Shown: positions 1 through 8,490, counted from the stretch's first letter. The stretch is DNA of 64,000 bases from Clostridia bacterium (GCA_017516345.1 JAFXDC010000065.1:481-64480), one strand, 5' to 3'. The notes: generated by a model not told the origin, from the sequence alone. A program made the numbers and translations.

Positions 1-4
1 GCAC

Positions 5-180
5 GGGGAGCCAAAAAATTCCGTACACGCGAGTGTGCGGAATTTTTACTTATTACCTCTTCACTCTTCACTTTTCACTAATTTGGCGTGTACGGAATTT
101 TAGGTAAGAAGTAATAGTGAATAGTGAAGAAGTAATGGTTGATTTGCTTCACAAATCTTTTTTAATAAGTTGCAATTCCG
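5..180 (+). repeat. Structured intergenic repeat, copy 1 (hairpin, pyrimidine-rich heptad arm, distal complement, purine-rich arm, small hairpin)
   Basis: aaaattccgtacac (15-28) can pair with gtgtgcggaatttt (33-46) and perfectly with the distal gcgtgtacggaatttt (86-101). The T/C-rich arm 47-80 has a ~7-nt period (ttcactc ttcactt ttcacta) and is mirrored by the A/G-rich arm 102-138. A gatttg/caaatc hairpin lies at 141-157. Nearly identical to 2364-2545. Confidence 0.8.
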
Positions 181-223
181 TTCTATGATCACATATTGGG
201 GCAACAATTTTGCACCCTAACAC

Positions 224-258
224 AAAAGTCCTTGATTTTCAAGGACTTTTTGTTTTTT
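224..258 (+). terminator. Rho-independent terminator of an upstream + strand gene lying outside the window
   Basis: aaaagtcctt (224-233) / aaggactttt (241-250) form a 10-bp stem with a 7-nt loop, followed by a T-run. Confidence 0.6.
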
Positions 259-337
259 GGGGGTGAAAAATAACCCCTTTCACCATTGCACCTTTTCTTG
301 AACCTTATGGACTTGAACCTGCGACTTTAGCAAATTC

Positions 338-366
338 TTGAAATTTATTTATGATTGTGATATAAT
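338..366 (+). promoter_or_regulatory. Sigma-A type promoter of the GH78-like gene
   Basis: TTGAAA (338-343), 17-nt spacer, TATAAT (361-366) preceded by TGa (extended -10). A conserved upstream block (gcaccttttc...cttatggacttgaacc, about 282-320) recurs at 2633-2666. Confidence 0.6.
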
Positions 367-412
367 GTATGAGTATGATTAATTCTTGAAATACGGAAAG
401 GAATACCGAGAT

Positions 413-2329
413 ATGGTTAAAAATATTTTCAAAAAAGCAAACTGGATATGGTGCGAATCCGAAGGACAGGCAGATGAATACGGCGAATTCTATTCCTCGT
501 TCAACTATGACGGAGAGAAAAATGTAAAATTGAAAATATCCGCGGACAGTAACTACGCGGTCTATATCAACGGCAAATTTGAGGTCTTCGGGCAGTACGC
601 CGATTTCCCTTACGATAAAATATACGACGAGGTCGATATTACAAAATTCTGCAAAAACGGCAAGAATCACGTTGCCGTTATAGTCTGGTATTTTGGTATA
701 ACAACGACTTCAGTCTATTACAAAGGAGAGGCTTCCCTTATTTTCGAAATAACAGAGGGAGAAAATGTTTTGTGCTTCAGCGGCGAGCAGACTCTTTCAC
801 GCCTTAGCCGTACCTACGATCAGCATGTATGCAAGATCATCACGGGTCAGATGGGGCTTTCCTTTAGCTACGATATGACAAAAGAGGACAAGTGGAAGAT
901 GGGAGAACTTTGCGGATTTTCAAACAGCGTTATCGTTTCAAAGCATCCATCTTGCCGAATTCGTCCGAATGAGAAGCTCGTCCTTGAAAAAAAGGTTTTG
1001 GGAAAAGAAATAAAGCGCATATCCGATAGCGATGTTATTTTTGAGCTGGGAAGTGAGCAGGTCGGCTTTGTAAGTATTGATATAACCTCTGATACCGAGC
1101 AAGATATTTTGGTAGCTTACGGTGAGCATATTGTGGACGGAAACGTAAGACGTATCATCGGACCAAGAGATTTCAGCTTCAAGATTCGTTTGCGCAAGGG
1201 AAAAAATAAGTATCTCAATCCATTTCGTCGTTTGGGGGCGAGATATTTGGAGATAAAATCTGAATCTCCCGTGACGGTAAACGAAGCGGCAATCACGCCG
1301 ACCATGTATCCCGTAACTCTTAAAACCAAGCCTGAGCTTAACGAATATCGCTCGAAAATATACGATATCTGCGTAAACACACTGCGTCTCTGTATGCACG
1401 AGCATTACGAGGACTGCCCCTGGAGGGAGCAGGCGCTCTACTGTATGGACAGCCGAAATCAGATGCTCTGCGGTTATTATGCCTTCGGTGAATATAAGTT
1501 TCCGCGCTCCTGCCTTGAGCTTATATCAAAGGACGACCGTAAGGACAGGCTTCTTTCCATATACTATCCCGTAAATAACGATTATTGTATTCCTTCGTTT
1601 TCAATTCACTATATAACCGAGTGCATAGAATACCTGCAGTATTCAGGAGATAAAGCGTTTATTGAGGAGATATATCCAAAGCTTGAAAGTGTTCTTTCCG
1701 CCTTCCTTGAAAGACGCGAAAACGGACTTGTGCCGATTTTTGAAGGCAAACAGTACTGGAATTTCTACGAGTGGAGCTACGGTCTGGACGGTAACGGCAT
1801 AGGATACGAGCTGCCGAAATTCGATATCATAATGAACGCGCTGATCTCTATTGCCCTTGAAAATATGGGCAAGATCGGAGATATGCTGGGTAAGCAGAAC
1901 CAATATCGCGATAGGATCCCCGAGATCAACCGTCGCATAAGAGAAGAGTTTTGGGATGATGAAAAGGGCATATTTGCGGACTGTCCGGACAAAGCCAGAT
2001 ACAGCGTTCTCGGCAACTCTCTGGCGATTCTTTGCGGAGCAGCGGAGGATCCCAAGGGAGTATGTGAAAGAATGCTTAATTTGGAAGGCGTGACGGATAT
2101 CTCTCTCAGTATGCGTTGCTTCAAGTACGATGCGATGTTGCTTGCTGACAAGGGGAAATACAAGGAGTCTATCTTTTCCGAGATCGACGAAAATTACAGA
2201 CCTATGCTTGAGCTTGGCAACGGGACCGTTTGGGAAACGGATGAGGGCGAAAGTGATTTTGGAAAGGCAGGAAGCCTTTGCCACGGTTGGAGCGCTATGC
2301 CGATATATTACTACAATATTTTATCATAA
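413..2329 (+). CDS. Alpha-L-rhamnosidase-like (GH78-like) six-hairpin glycoside hydrolase, cytoplasmic
   Basis: ORF 386-2329. ATG 413 behind GGAAAGGA is the more likely start. N-terminal 'ANWIW...ADSNYAVYINGKF' sandwich. The 'EDCPWREQALYCMD' motif resembles the DCPxRE..GW.GD motif I recall from GH78. Same architecture as 22171-24366. No signal peptide. Confidence 0.6.
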   Translation: MVKNIFKKANWIWCESEGQADEYGEFYSSFNYDGEKNVKLKISADSNYAVYINGKFEVFGQYADFPYDKIYDEVDITKFCKNGKNHVAVIVWYFGITTTSVYYKGEASLIFEITEGENVLCFSGEQTLSRLSRTYDQHVCKIITGQMGLSFSYDMTKEDKWKMGELCGFSNSVIVSKHPSCRIRPNEKLVLEKKVLGKEIKRISDSDVIFELGSEQVGFVSIDITSDTEQDILVAYGEHIVDGNVRRIIGPRDFSFKIRLRKGKNKYLNPFRRLGARYLEIKSESPVTVNEAAITPTMYPVTLKTKPELNEYRSKIYDICVNTLRLCMHEHYEDCPWREQALYCMDSRNQMLCGYYAFGEYKFPRSCLELISKDDRKDRLLSIYYPVNNDYCIPSFSIHYITECIEYLQYSGDKAFIEEIYPKLESVLSAFLERRENGLVPIFEGKQYWNFYEWSYGLDGNGIGYELPKFDIIMNALISIALENMGKIGDMLGKQNQYRDRIPEINRRIREEFWDDEKGIFADCPDKARYSVLGNSLAILCGAAEDPKGVCERMLNLEGVTDISLSMRCFKYDAMLLADKGKYKESIFSEIDENYRPMLELGNGTVWETDEGESDFGKAGSLCHGWSAMPIYYYNILS

Positions 2330-2363
2330 GATTTTTAATGACTTCTAAAAGGTTTGAAATTGT

Positions 2364-2545
2364 TGGGGGAACTCAGAAAATTCCGTACACGCGAGTGTGC
2401 GGAATTTTTACTTTTTACCTTTTCACTCTTCACTTTTCACTAAATTGGCGTGTACGGAATTTTAAGTAATAGGTAAGAGGTAATAGTGAAAAAGTAAAGA
2501 TTGATTTGCTTCGCAAATCTTCATTTTATTAAGTTGCATTTTTAT
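2364..2545 (+). repeat. Structured intergenic repeat, copy 2 (same orientation as copy 1)
   Basis: Core aaaattccgtacacgcgagtgtgcggaatttt starts at 2377, followed by heptad arms, the distal complement gcgtgtacggaatttt and the gatttg/caaatc hairpin. Aligns base-for-base with 5-180 with few changes. Confidence 0.8.
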
Positions 2546-2550
2546 ACTAC

Positions 2551-2596
2551 GAGCCCAAAAGAAAACCACCCTGATGGGTGGTTTTTCTTTTGGCTC
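2551..2596. terminator. Bidirectional hairpin terminator (member of a repeated hairpin family)
   Basis: gagcccaaaagaaaaccaccc tgat gggtggtttttcttttggctc, with T-runs in both orientations. Its reverse complement recurs at 8081-8116. Confidence 0.6.
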
Positions 2597-2683
2597 TTTC
2601 CTTTTTTAGGCTGTTTTTTGACCTTTCTTTTTTGCACCTTTTCCCCAAGCTTATGGACTTGAATCCACGACATTTTCGCACGT

Positions 2684-2712
2684 TTGAAGATCGCCTGCTT
2701 TTCTGATATGAT
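2684..2712 (+). promoter_or_regulatory. Orphan copy of the GH78 promoter, pointing into the 3' end of araC
   Basis: TTGAAG (2684-2689), 17-nt spacer, TATGAT (2707-2712) preceded by TGa. It sits 33 nt downstream of the ttatggacttgaa motif, the same distance as in copy 1. No + strand ORF follows. Confidence 0.45.
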
Positions 2713-2751
2713 ACAGTCAGAAAGCAAGCGAGAAGTTGTCGAAAATAAATA

Positions 2752-3555
2752 TCACCATTTTAAAAATTTCACGGAAGGAGAGATTCCGAAGCGCTTTTTA
2801 TAATGTCTATAAAAGCACGAATAGTCCGAAAAACCATATTTTGAGCAAGCTTCGGTCGGCGATAGACCGGATATAATATCTTTGTGGGCATAAATTAACT
2901 TTTTTTCGATGATATATTTATATAACGGCATATGTATGTCTGTTTTAAAAGCGTGCATTATGCTTGAGCGTGAATAATTCAGGTTGCTCGATATATCTGC
3001 AACCGTTAATGAAGAACAAAGATTTTGGTTTATATAATTTAAGCATTTTTGAGTGATCGTACTGAATTTTGAAGATATATATTCTTCACTTGGATTCAGA
3101 TGTCCAAGTTCTACCAACACAGAAAGAAGCTTGGCGGGAGCAAGAATCTTTTTTTCTGAAAGGGAATATTTATTATCGTCAAGAGAGGTGAAATCGCTTA
3201 TGATATTGTCGGGCAACGATTCAATAACGCTTACGCATGTCATATTTTTGAAGATCAGCGAATTCATTTCTCTTGTGTTGTAAAAATTGAACACATACCT
3301 TTCATAATCAACCTCGTCACCATGAACGTGAAAGCGGTGAAAGGTGTTTTCCGGAATTACAATAAGAGTGTATGGCTTTAGTTGAATGGTTTTTTGTTCT
3401 GTTGTAAAAAAAGCCTCTCCGCCTATGAAAAGAAAAATTTCGTGAAATTGGTGAAATTCTTTTCCAAAAACATCGCGCATTCCCTTGGCGTGCTTATACT
3501 TGATGTCCGATGTTTGCACGATGTGCTCGAAGGTATTTTTCATATATAGCCTCAT
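2752..3555 (-). CDS. AraC/XylS-family transcriptional regulator (cupin sensor + C-terminal double HTH)
   Basis: 267 aa. N-terminal cupin-like 'HEIFLFIGGEAFF...FHRFHV' and C-terminal AraC HTH ('...SRSSIMHAFK...SPTEACSKYGFSDYSCFYRHYKKRFGISPS'). The alternative ATG at 3543 has the better AGG spacing. Confidence 0.85.
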   Translation of the reverse strand: MRLYMKNTFEHIVQTSDIKYKHAKGMRDVFGKEFHQFHEIFLFIGGEAFFTTEQKTIQLKPYTLIVIPENTFHRFHVHGDEVDYERYVFNFYNTREMNSLIFKNMTCVSVIESLPDNIISDFTSLDDNKYSLSEKKILAPAKLLSVLVELGHLNPSEEYISSKFSTITQKCLNYINQNLCSSLTVADISSNLNYSRSSIMHAFKTDIHMPLYKYIIEKKLIYAHKDIISGLSPTEACSKYGFSDYSCFYRHYKKRFGISPSVKFLKW

Positions 3556-3672
3556 TATGTATTATTTTGTTTTCATTATAACATGAAAATGCACAAATTA
3601 CAATTTAATATAACAAAATAACAATATAAATTGTTATTAATGTCATGTATAATTACAAAATGAAGGCGCTTA
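3522..3672. repeat. Divergent control region, copy A (araC 5' end plus intergenic region)
   Basis: About 150 bp nearly identical to 5041-5192. Contains a perfect 8-bp inverted repeat ataacaat-ataa-attgttat (3618-3637), a candidate operator. Confidence 0.85.
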
Positions 3673-3704
3673 TACTGAGTATAAGTAAATATGGAGGAAT
3701 GATT

Positions 3705-4790
3705 ATGAAGATCTTTGAAAATGGCAACACAAGCATTACGCTTTTGCCCGAAAACGGTATTCTTTTTGTAGACCACGAAAAGAACAATCGTAGCGGACAT
3801 TTGGGACATGCAATGGTACAATGCAAAAATGGGGATATTCTTTGCTTCTATCCGAACTGCAATACCGACGGATACGGACATTCCGGACGAGGTTGGATGG
3901 AATACACCCGAAGCACAGACGGCGGAAAGACGTTTTCCGCTGCAGAACCGTTCCCATATTCCAAGAGCCTCTATGATTTAAATATAGGCTATACCTCAAT
4001 GAACGAAAAGGCGGTGTGTGCTCCCGATGGAAGCATAATCGTATTCAATCTGATCTGCGACGTCATCAATACACCACAGTGGGAACCGTTTATGCGTCCG
4101 ACCTATCTGCGCAGCACCGATAACGGCTACACATGGAGTGATGCAAGGGTCTTTTGCCCATATCGCGGTAGGATCTATGACGTGCAGGTGATCGGCGAGC
4201 GTATCTACGTGCTTTTCTCGGGAGGTTGGAACGATACTGACAGCAATCGCTTTTTCTTGTACGTAAGCGAAGACAACGGCGTTACCTTTTTCGAGCATTC
4301 AAGACTCCCCTTTGCCAAGGGAACAACGGAGCGCTTTTACGGAACGATGGAGCAACTTGCCGACGGCAATCTTATTGTGTATACTTACAATCTTAGTGAT
4401 GAATTCAGACTCGAGTATACGTTGACTTCCGCAGACGCGGACGGATGGTCCGAGGTAAGGCACGCATACTTTAAGCGCCGCATTCGCAATCCGCAGATGA
4501 TTCGCTACAACGGAGCATATTTTATCTTTGGCAGAAGCGGAAGCTACGGTGCGCTATCCGAAAAGGAGCATTTTATATGCTATACCTCGTCGGACGGCAT
4601 AAATTGGGATGAAGGAAGATACGTTCTGCCTTGCACCGGCTGTATCAATGGCATGGGTGGCAACGGTGCATATTCAAACACGTTGCGCGTTAATTTTGAC
4701 GGCAAAGAAAGAATACTTGTGCAGGTTTCGCATGCTTACTATATAAATCAGACCAACGTTTTGCATTTTTGGCTTGACGCTGAGAATTAG
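3705..4790 (+). CDS. BNR-repeat sialidase-like (exo-alpha-sialidase fold) protein, no signal peptide
   Basis: ORF 3645-4790. ATG 3705 behind GGAGGA. Asp-box/BNR motifs are STDGGKTF, STDNGYTW, SEDNGVTF and SSDGINW. Confidence 0.7.
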   Translation: MKIFENGNTSITLLPENGILFVDHEKNNRSGHLGHAMVQCKNGDILCFYPNCNTDGYGHSGRGWMEYTRSTDGGKTFSAAEPFPYSKSLYDLNIGYTSMNEKAVCAPDGSIIVFNLICDVINTPQWEPFMRPTYLRSTDNGYTWSDARVFCPYRGRIYDVQVIGERIYVLFSGGWNDTDSNRFFLYVSEDNGVTFFEHSRLPFAKGTTERFYGTMEQLADGNLIVYTYNLSDEFRLEYTLTSADADGWSEVRHAYFKRRIRNPQMIRYNGAYFIFGRSGSYGALSEKEHFICYTSSDGINWDEGRYVLPCTGCINGMGGNGAYSNTLRVNFDGKERILVQVSHAYYINQTNVLHFWLDAEN

Positions 4791-4877
4791 GGTACTGCTT
4801 GGCTTTTGTGATATAATATAAACAAAAATGGAGTTGGCGTTTATACGTTTGCTCAGACCTGTTGGGGCAAGCTATCA

Positions 4878-5074
4878 TCAAGAATATTGGATCCCCGCCG
4901 AGCTTTGGCGGTTGTGTATCTGCTTCTTGAGCTGCTTGTCATCCGCAAGTTTCCCAAGCATGAAAGGATCAGGAGGAGCTTGTTTAATTCGGATATCTAT
5001 TTTACCGACAGCACCTCCAAGGAATATTTGGGCCAAGAGATGTACTCGAAGGTATTTTTCATATATAGCCTCAT
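4878..5074 (-). pseudogene. Decayed 5' fragment of a second araC-type regulator
   Basis: The start region MRLYMKNTFE is identical to araC at 3555, but the frame stops after 25 codons. A shifted frame continues with cupin-like '...IFLGGAVGKIDIRIKQ...' and ends at 4878. No HTH part remains. Confidence 0.7.
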
Positions 5075-5192
5075 TATGTATTATTTTGTTTTCATTATAA
5101 CATGAAATGCACAAATTACAATTCAATGTAACAAAATAACAATATAAATTGTTATTACTGTCATTTATAATTATGAAAAGGAGGCGCTTATG
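5041..5192. repeat. Divergent control region, copy B
   Basis: Aligns with 3522-3672. The same 8-bp inverted repeat lies at 5136-5155. Followed by AAAGGAGG and the ATG at 5190. Confidence 0.85.
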
Positions 5193-6905
5193 AAGATTTT
5201 ACTTTTGGATTTTGGGAGTAGTTTTGTAAAATATTCTTTTTACGATACCGAGACAAGAACAAACACGCAAGTGTTTTCATTAGAGTTTCCGCAGCCTGTT
5301 ATAGATGCCGACGGTCACTATGAGGTGGATCACCGTAAGATAGACGAGATCTTGTGGCGTATTATGAAGGAGGCGGAATTAAATGAATGTGCTGCGGCTT
5401 TTATTTGCGTTCAAATGCACGGATATCTTTTGAAATATCAAGGCACGTTTACAAATTATATTTCTTGGAAGGATAAACGCGGGCGCGCATATTTGAATTC
5501 TGCTGAAAAGAAAGCACTTTTTGATAATGGAACTCAACTTAAGGAAAATCTGCCTCGCGTATCGTTACGTGATCATGCATCTGTTGAAGGTAGGGAATTC
5601 TTTACGCTTGGTTCATATATTTCATATATCTTGACGGGGAATAACGTAACTCACATTACCGACGCATGCGCCAGCGGATTGTTTCATGTTAATACATGTA
5701 CTGCGGACAACCCGTTCGAGGGGCTCTCGCTTCCGACGGCGGTCAGAGAAATGAAGCCTTGCGGAAAATACAAAAATATTCACATATATCCTCCGATGGG
5801 TGATCATCAAATCAGCTTTCTTGGTGCAAGGGCATTTGAAGGAGAAGCGGTGTTGAATCTTGGAACCTCGGCTCAGTTATCGTTATTGGTGGATGAGGAC
5901 ACGGACTGCTTAGACGGAATGGAATACAGACCGTATTTTGTTAAAGATCATCGAATTGCAACCCTTTCGGGAATCAGCGGATCAGATGCGGAGGCAATTG
6001 TTTCGGGGATAAAAAGCTTCGCAAATGCATTTGGAAAAACGAAGTGCATTTTGGTAAGCGGAGGCGGAGCGAAGGATAAATATGATTATTTTGTCTGTGA
6101 ATTTAAAAAGCTGGGGTACAAAGTTGAGAGATGTTATCAAAACGTTGGTAACGAGGGACTCAAAAGGATTGCGGAAGGTGTCTATTCTCGACGCGGCACA
6201 ATGCTTTCAGAGGTCGAATTTGTTAATTTCCCATTTGTTCTGAAAAAAGCAAAAGTAGACTTTTTCATCATAGACAACGAACATGGAAGCTTTGAAAACA
6301 AAACGGTGATGGCGCTTGCAACGAACGCCAATGCTGTTGATGTTCAAGCGATAGTAAGATTGCCGAATAATGACAGAGCAATGATCACGAAGCTTGCCGA
6401 CGGGGGTGTCAGGGCCTTTCTGTTACCTATGACCAATCGAAAAGAGGATATAGAAAGGGTGGTTGAATACGCAAAGTATTCCCCCGACGGTAAAAGGGGA
6501 GTTTCAACTACAAGAGCGCATACGGGCTACGGTGTTGCGGATATCAAGGAATATATGAAGAGCGCAAACCGAAGAATGAAGATCTATGCGCAAATAGAGA
6601 CCCGCATTGGCGTGGAAAATGTTGAGGAGATATTGAACGTACCGGGTGTTGAGGGGGTTTTTATAGGTCCTAACGATCTTTCCTGCGACTACAATTGTAT
6701 GGGTGAAACGAAAAAAATCAAAGAATTAATTTCTGTCATCTGCAAGCAGTGTCTAAAAAAAGACAAGCCCTGTGGCATTATTACCACAGATAAAGAACTC
6801 ATAAAGCACGCACTGCTATGTGGCTGTTCAATGGTAAGCTATGGTAGTGAGATCAATATGTTAATAAAAGGAGCGAGGGAGATAACAAATGAAAAATATC
6901 TGTAA
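5190..6905 (+). CDS. Fusion protein: FGGY-type sugar kinase (N-terminal) :: HpcH/HpaI-family 2-keto-3-deoxy-acid aldolase (C-terminal)
   Basis: 571 aa. N-terminal 'LLLDFGSSFVK', 'ISWKDKR' and 'GDHQISFLG' are FGGY/ASKHA-like. The C-terminal ~240 aa 'FFIIDNEHGSF...RLPNND...LLPMTN..EDIERVV...YAQIETRIGVENVEEI...GVFIGPNDLS' match my memory of the HpcH/HpaI aldolase family. Confidence 0.65.
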   Translation: MKILLLDFGSSFVKYSFYDTETRTNTQVFSLEFPQPVIDADGHYEVDHRKIDEILWRIMKEAELNECAAAFICVQMHGYLLKYQGTFTNYISWKDKRGRAYLNSAEKKALFDNGTQLKENLPRVSLRDHASVEGREFFTLGSYISYILTGNNVTHITDACASGLFHVNTCTADNPFEGLSLPTAVREMKPCGKYKNIHIYPPMGDHQISFLGARAFEGEAVLNLGTSAQLSLLVDEDTDCLDGMEYRPYFVKDHRIATLSGISGSDAEAIVSGIKSFANAFGKTKCILVSGGGAKDKYDYFVCEFKKLGYKVERCYQNVGNEGLKRIAEGVYSRRGTMLSEVEFVNFPFVLKKAKVDFFIIDNEHGSFENKTVMALATNANAVDVQAIVRLPNNDRAMITKLADGGVRAFLLPMTNRKEDIERVVEYAKYSPDGKRGVSTTRAHTGYGVADIKEYMKSANRRMKIYAQIETRIGVENVEEILNVPGVEGVFIGPNDLSCDYNCMGETKKIKELISVICKQCLKKDKPCGIITTDKELIKHALLCGCSMVSYGSEINMLIKGAREITNEKYL

Positions 6906-8052
6906 TAATTGGGATCTGAAAAATTATCCGTATATTAATTTGACGCCGGATGATTCCGTAAGCGAGGAGCATCGCGCGTGGCAGGGGTGTCCAACCGTTG
7001 CGGTGACAAAAAAAGGCAGAGTGTTTGCGGGATGGTATACCGGAGGTGCATTTGAGCCCTGTATTGGCAACTATAATGTTCTTGTAAAAAGCGACGATCA
7101 CGGTAAAACATGGTCATCTCCTCTTCTTACCGTAGCAAGCGATGAGCAAAACAGGCTTCGCAAGATAGATATCGAGATCTGGGTGAATGAGGATAACTCT
7201 CTATGGATCATGTGGACGGTATCGCCTTATGGTGAAAAATCCTTGCCTGCTACCATCAGAACCCCTTTTGTTTTTGATTATCATCGTGAATTTCTCTATA
7301 CTGAGGTTATGATATGCAGAGATCCTGATGCAGATGAGCTGGTTTGGGAGAAGCCTCGTATGATGTGCGAAGGCTTTATGAGAAACAAGCCCATCGTTAC
7401 CTCCGACGGTAGGATCATCGCCCCTGCGTACGATTACGGCAGTGAGCAGTATAAGCTTCGTTACTCTGATGACGGTGGTGAGAGCTTTTATAATGTTGCA
7501 GTTGACGGAAAGCCCGATGCGAACATTTACGATGAAATAACCGTTTGCGAGCGACGTCCGGGCAAGCTGCGTTTTTTAGCGCGAACCAAGCGCGGCTATT
7601 ATGTATATTCGGATTCGTTCGACGGCGGTAATTCGTGGACCGATGCAAAAGAATACGAGGAGGCGCCGGGCACAAGGTGTTATTTGGGAAAGCTGAAAAA
7701 CGGGATGACCGTTTACGTGCGAAATATATCCAATACCCAAAGGAACGGTATGAAGATATGTCTATCCGAGGATGGCGGCGATACCTTCCTGTGCGAAATG
7801 GTGCTGGATGATCGCGAAAGCTTATCGTATCCCGACCTTGATGAGGATGAGGAAGGAAATATTTATATCGTTTACGACCGTGAGCGTGATAACCGCATAA
7901 AGCTGAATAGAGAAACGTGGATTTCGGAAGCGGCAAAAGAGATCATTGTCTGCAAAATTACGATTGATGACGTGATGCGTAATACATTATCTAAAGGCTC
8001 TTTTTTAAGAAGGATCATAAGTAAGGCAAGAATAGACGTGGCGGAAGCTTGA
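6889..8052 (+). CDS. BNR-repeat sialidase-like protein, no signal peptide
   Basis: 387 aa. Asp-boxes are SDDHGKTW, SDDGGESF, SFDGGNSW and SEDGGDTF. Its start overlaps the upstream gene by 17 nt. Confidence 0.7.
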   Translation: MKNICNNWDLKNYPYINLTPDDSVSEEHRAWQGCPTVAVTKKGRVFAGWYTGGAFEPCIGNYNVLVKSDDHGKTWSSPLLTVASDEQNRLRKIDIEIWVNEDNSLWIMWTVSPYGEKSLPATIRTPFVFDYHREFLYTEVMICRDPDADELVWEKPRMMCEGFMRNKPIVTSDGRIIAPAYDYGSEQYKLRYSDDGGESFYNVAVDGKPDANIYDEITVCERRPGKLRFLARTKRGYYVYSDSFDGGNSWTDAKEYEEAPGTRCYLGKLKNGMTVYVRNISNTQRNGMKICLSEDGGDTFLCEMVLDDRESLSYPDLDEDEEGNIYIVYDRERDNRIKLNRETWISEAAKEIIVCKITIDDVMRNTLSKGSFLRRIISKARIDVAEA

Positions 8053-8080
8053 AAATCAGTTACATTTTTATGCCATGATC

Positions 8081-8116
8081 AAAAAACCACCCATCAGGGT
8101 GGTTTTCTTTTGGCTT
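8081..8116. terminator. Hairpin terminator (inverted copy of the 2551-2596 hairpin)
   Basis: aaaaaaccaccc atca gggtggttttcttttggct, which is the reverse complement of the copy at 2551-2596. Confidence 0.6.
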
Positions 8117-8156
8117 ATCTTGCCGACACAAACAAACAAAGACCCGTAACCAACAG

Positions 8157-8278
8157 CCAAAGCCCCAAGGACGAAAGCTCTTAGGGCTTACTTCTTACCT
8201 ATTACCTCTTCGCTCTTACCTCAAAAACGTCCTAGGGGCTTTGGAAAGTAATAAGTAATAGGTAAGAGGTAATAAGTA
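8157..8278 (+). repeat. Structured intergenic repeat, copy 3 (same architecture, different stem sequence)
   Basis: ccaaagccccaaggacg (8157-8173) is complementary to cgtcctaggggctttgg (8228-8244) at 16 of 17 positions. Pyrimidine heptad arm 8189-8223 (tacctat tacctct tcgctct tacctc) and purine arm 8245-8278. Shares aagtaataggtaagaggtaata with copy 2. Confidence 0.75.
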
Positions 8279-8490
8279 TTTTGCAAGTTTGCCTTGTCAT
8301 TTTTGTTTTATAATGGAAAATAATAAGGTATAGTATTCTAAACGGGACTGATTTGATTCCTCGGTAGGGGGTATATGGATTTAAATGTAAAAAAATTCTT
8401 TATTTTTCTTATAAAATTCTTTACAAAATAAAAAAGTAGTAATATAATTCTAATGGTAATCCCAATCTTTTCTTTAAGGAGTTTATAAAT

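Noticed and set aside
47-138. Short periodic repeats (about 7-nt period) that could suggest a CRISPR-like or iteron array
   Set aside because: The units are contiguous with no spacers, far shorter than CRISPR repeats, and arranged as complementary arms of a palindromic element. No cas or rep genes are present in the window.
290-330. ggttcaagtcc on the minus strand (also at about 2645-2670), reminiscent of a tRNA T-arm
   Set aside because: No complementary T-stem, acceptor stem or anticodon arm can be drawn around it. I treat it as part of the conserved promoter-upstream block, not as a tRNA or tRNA-derived att site.
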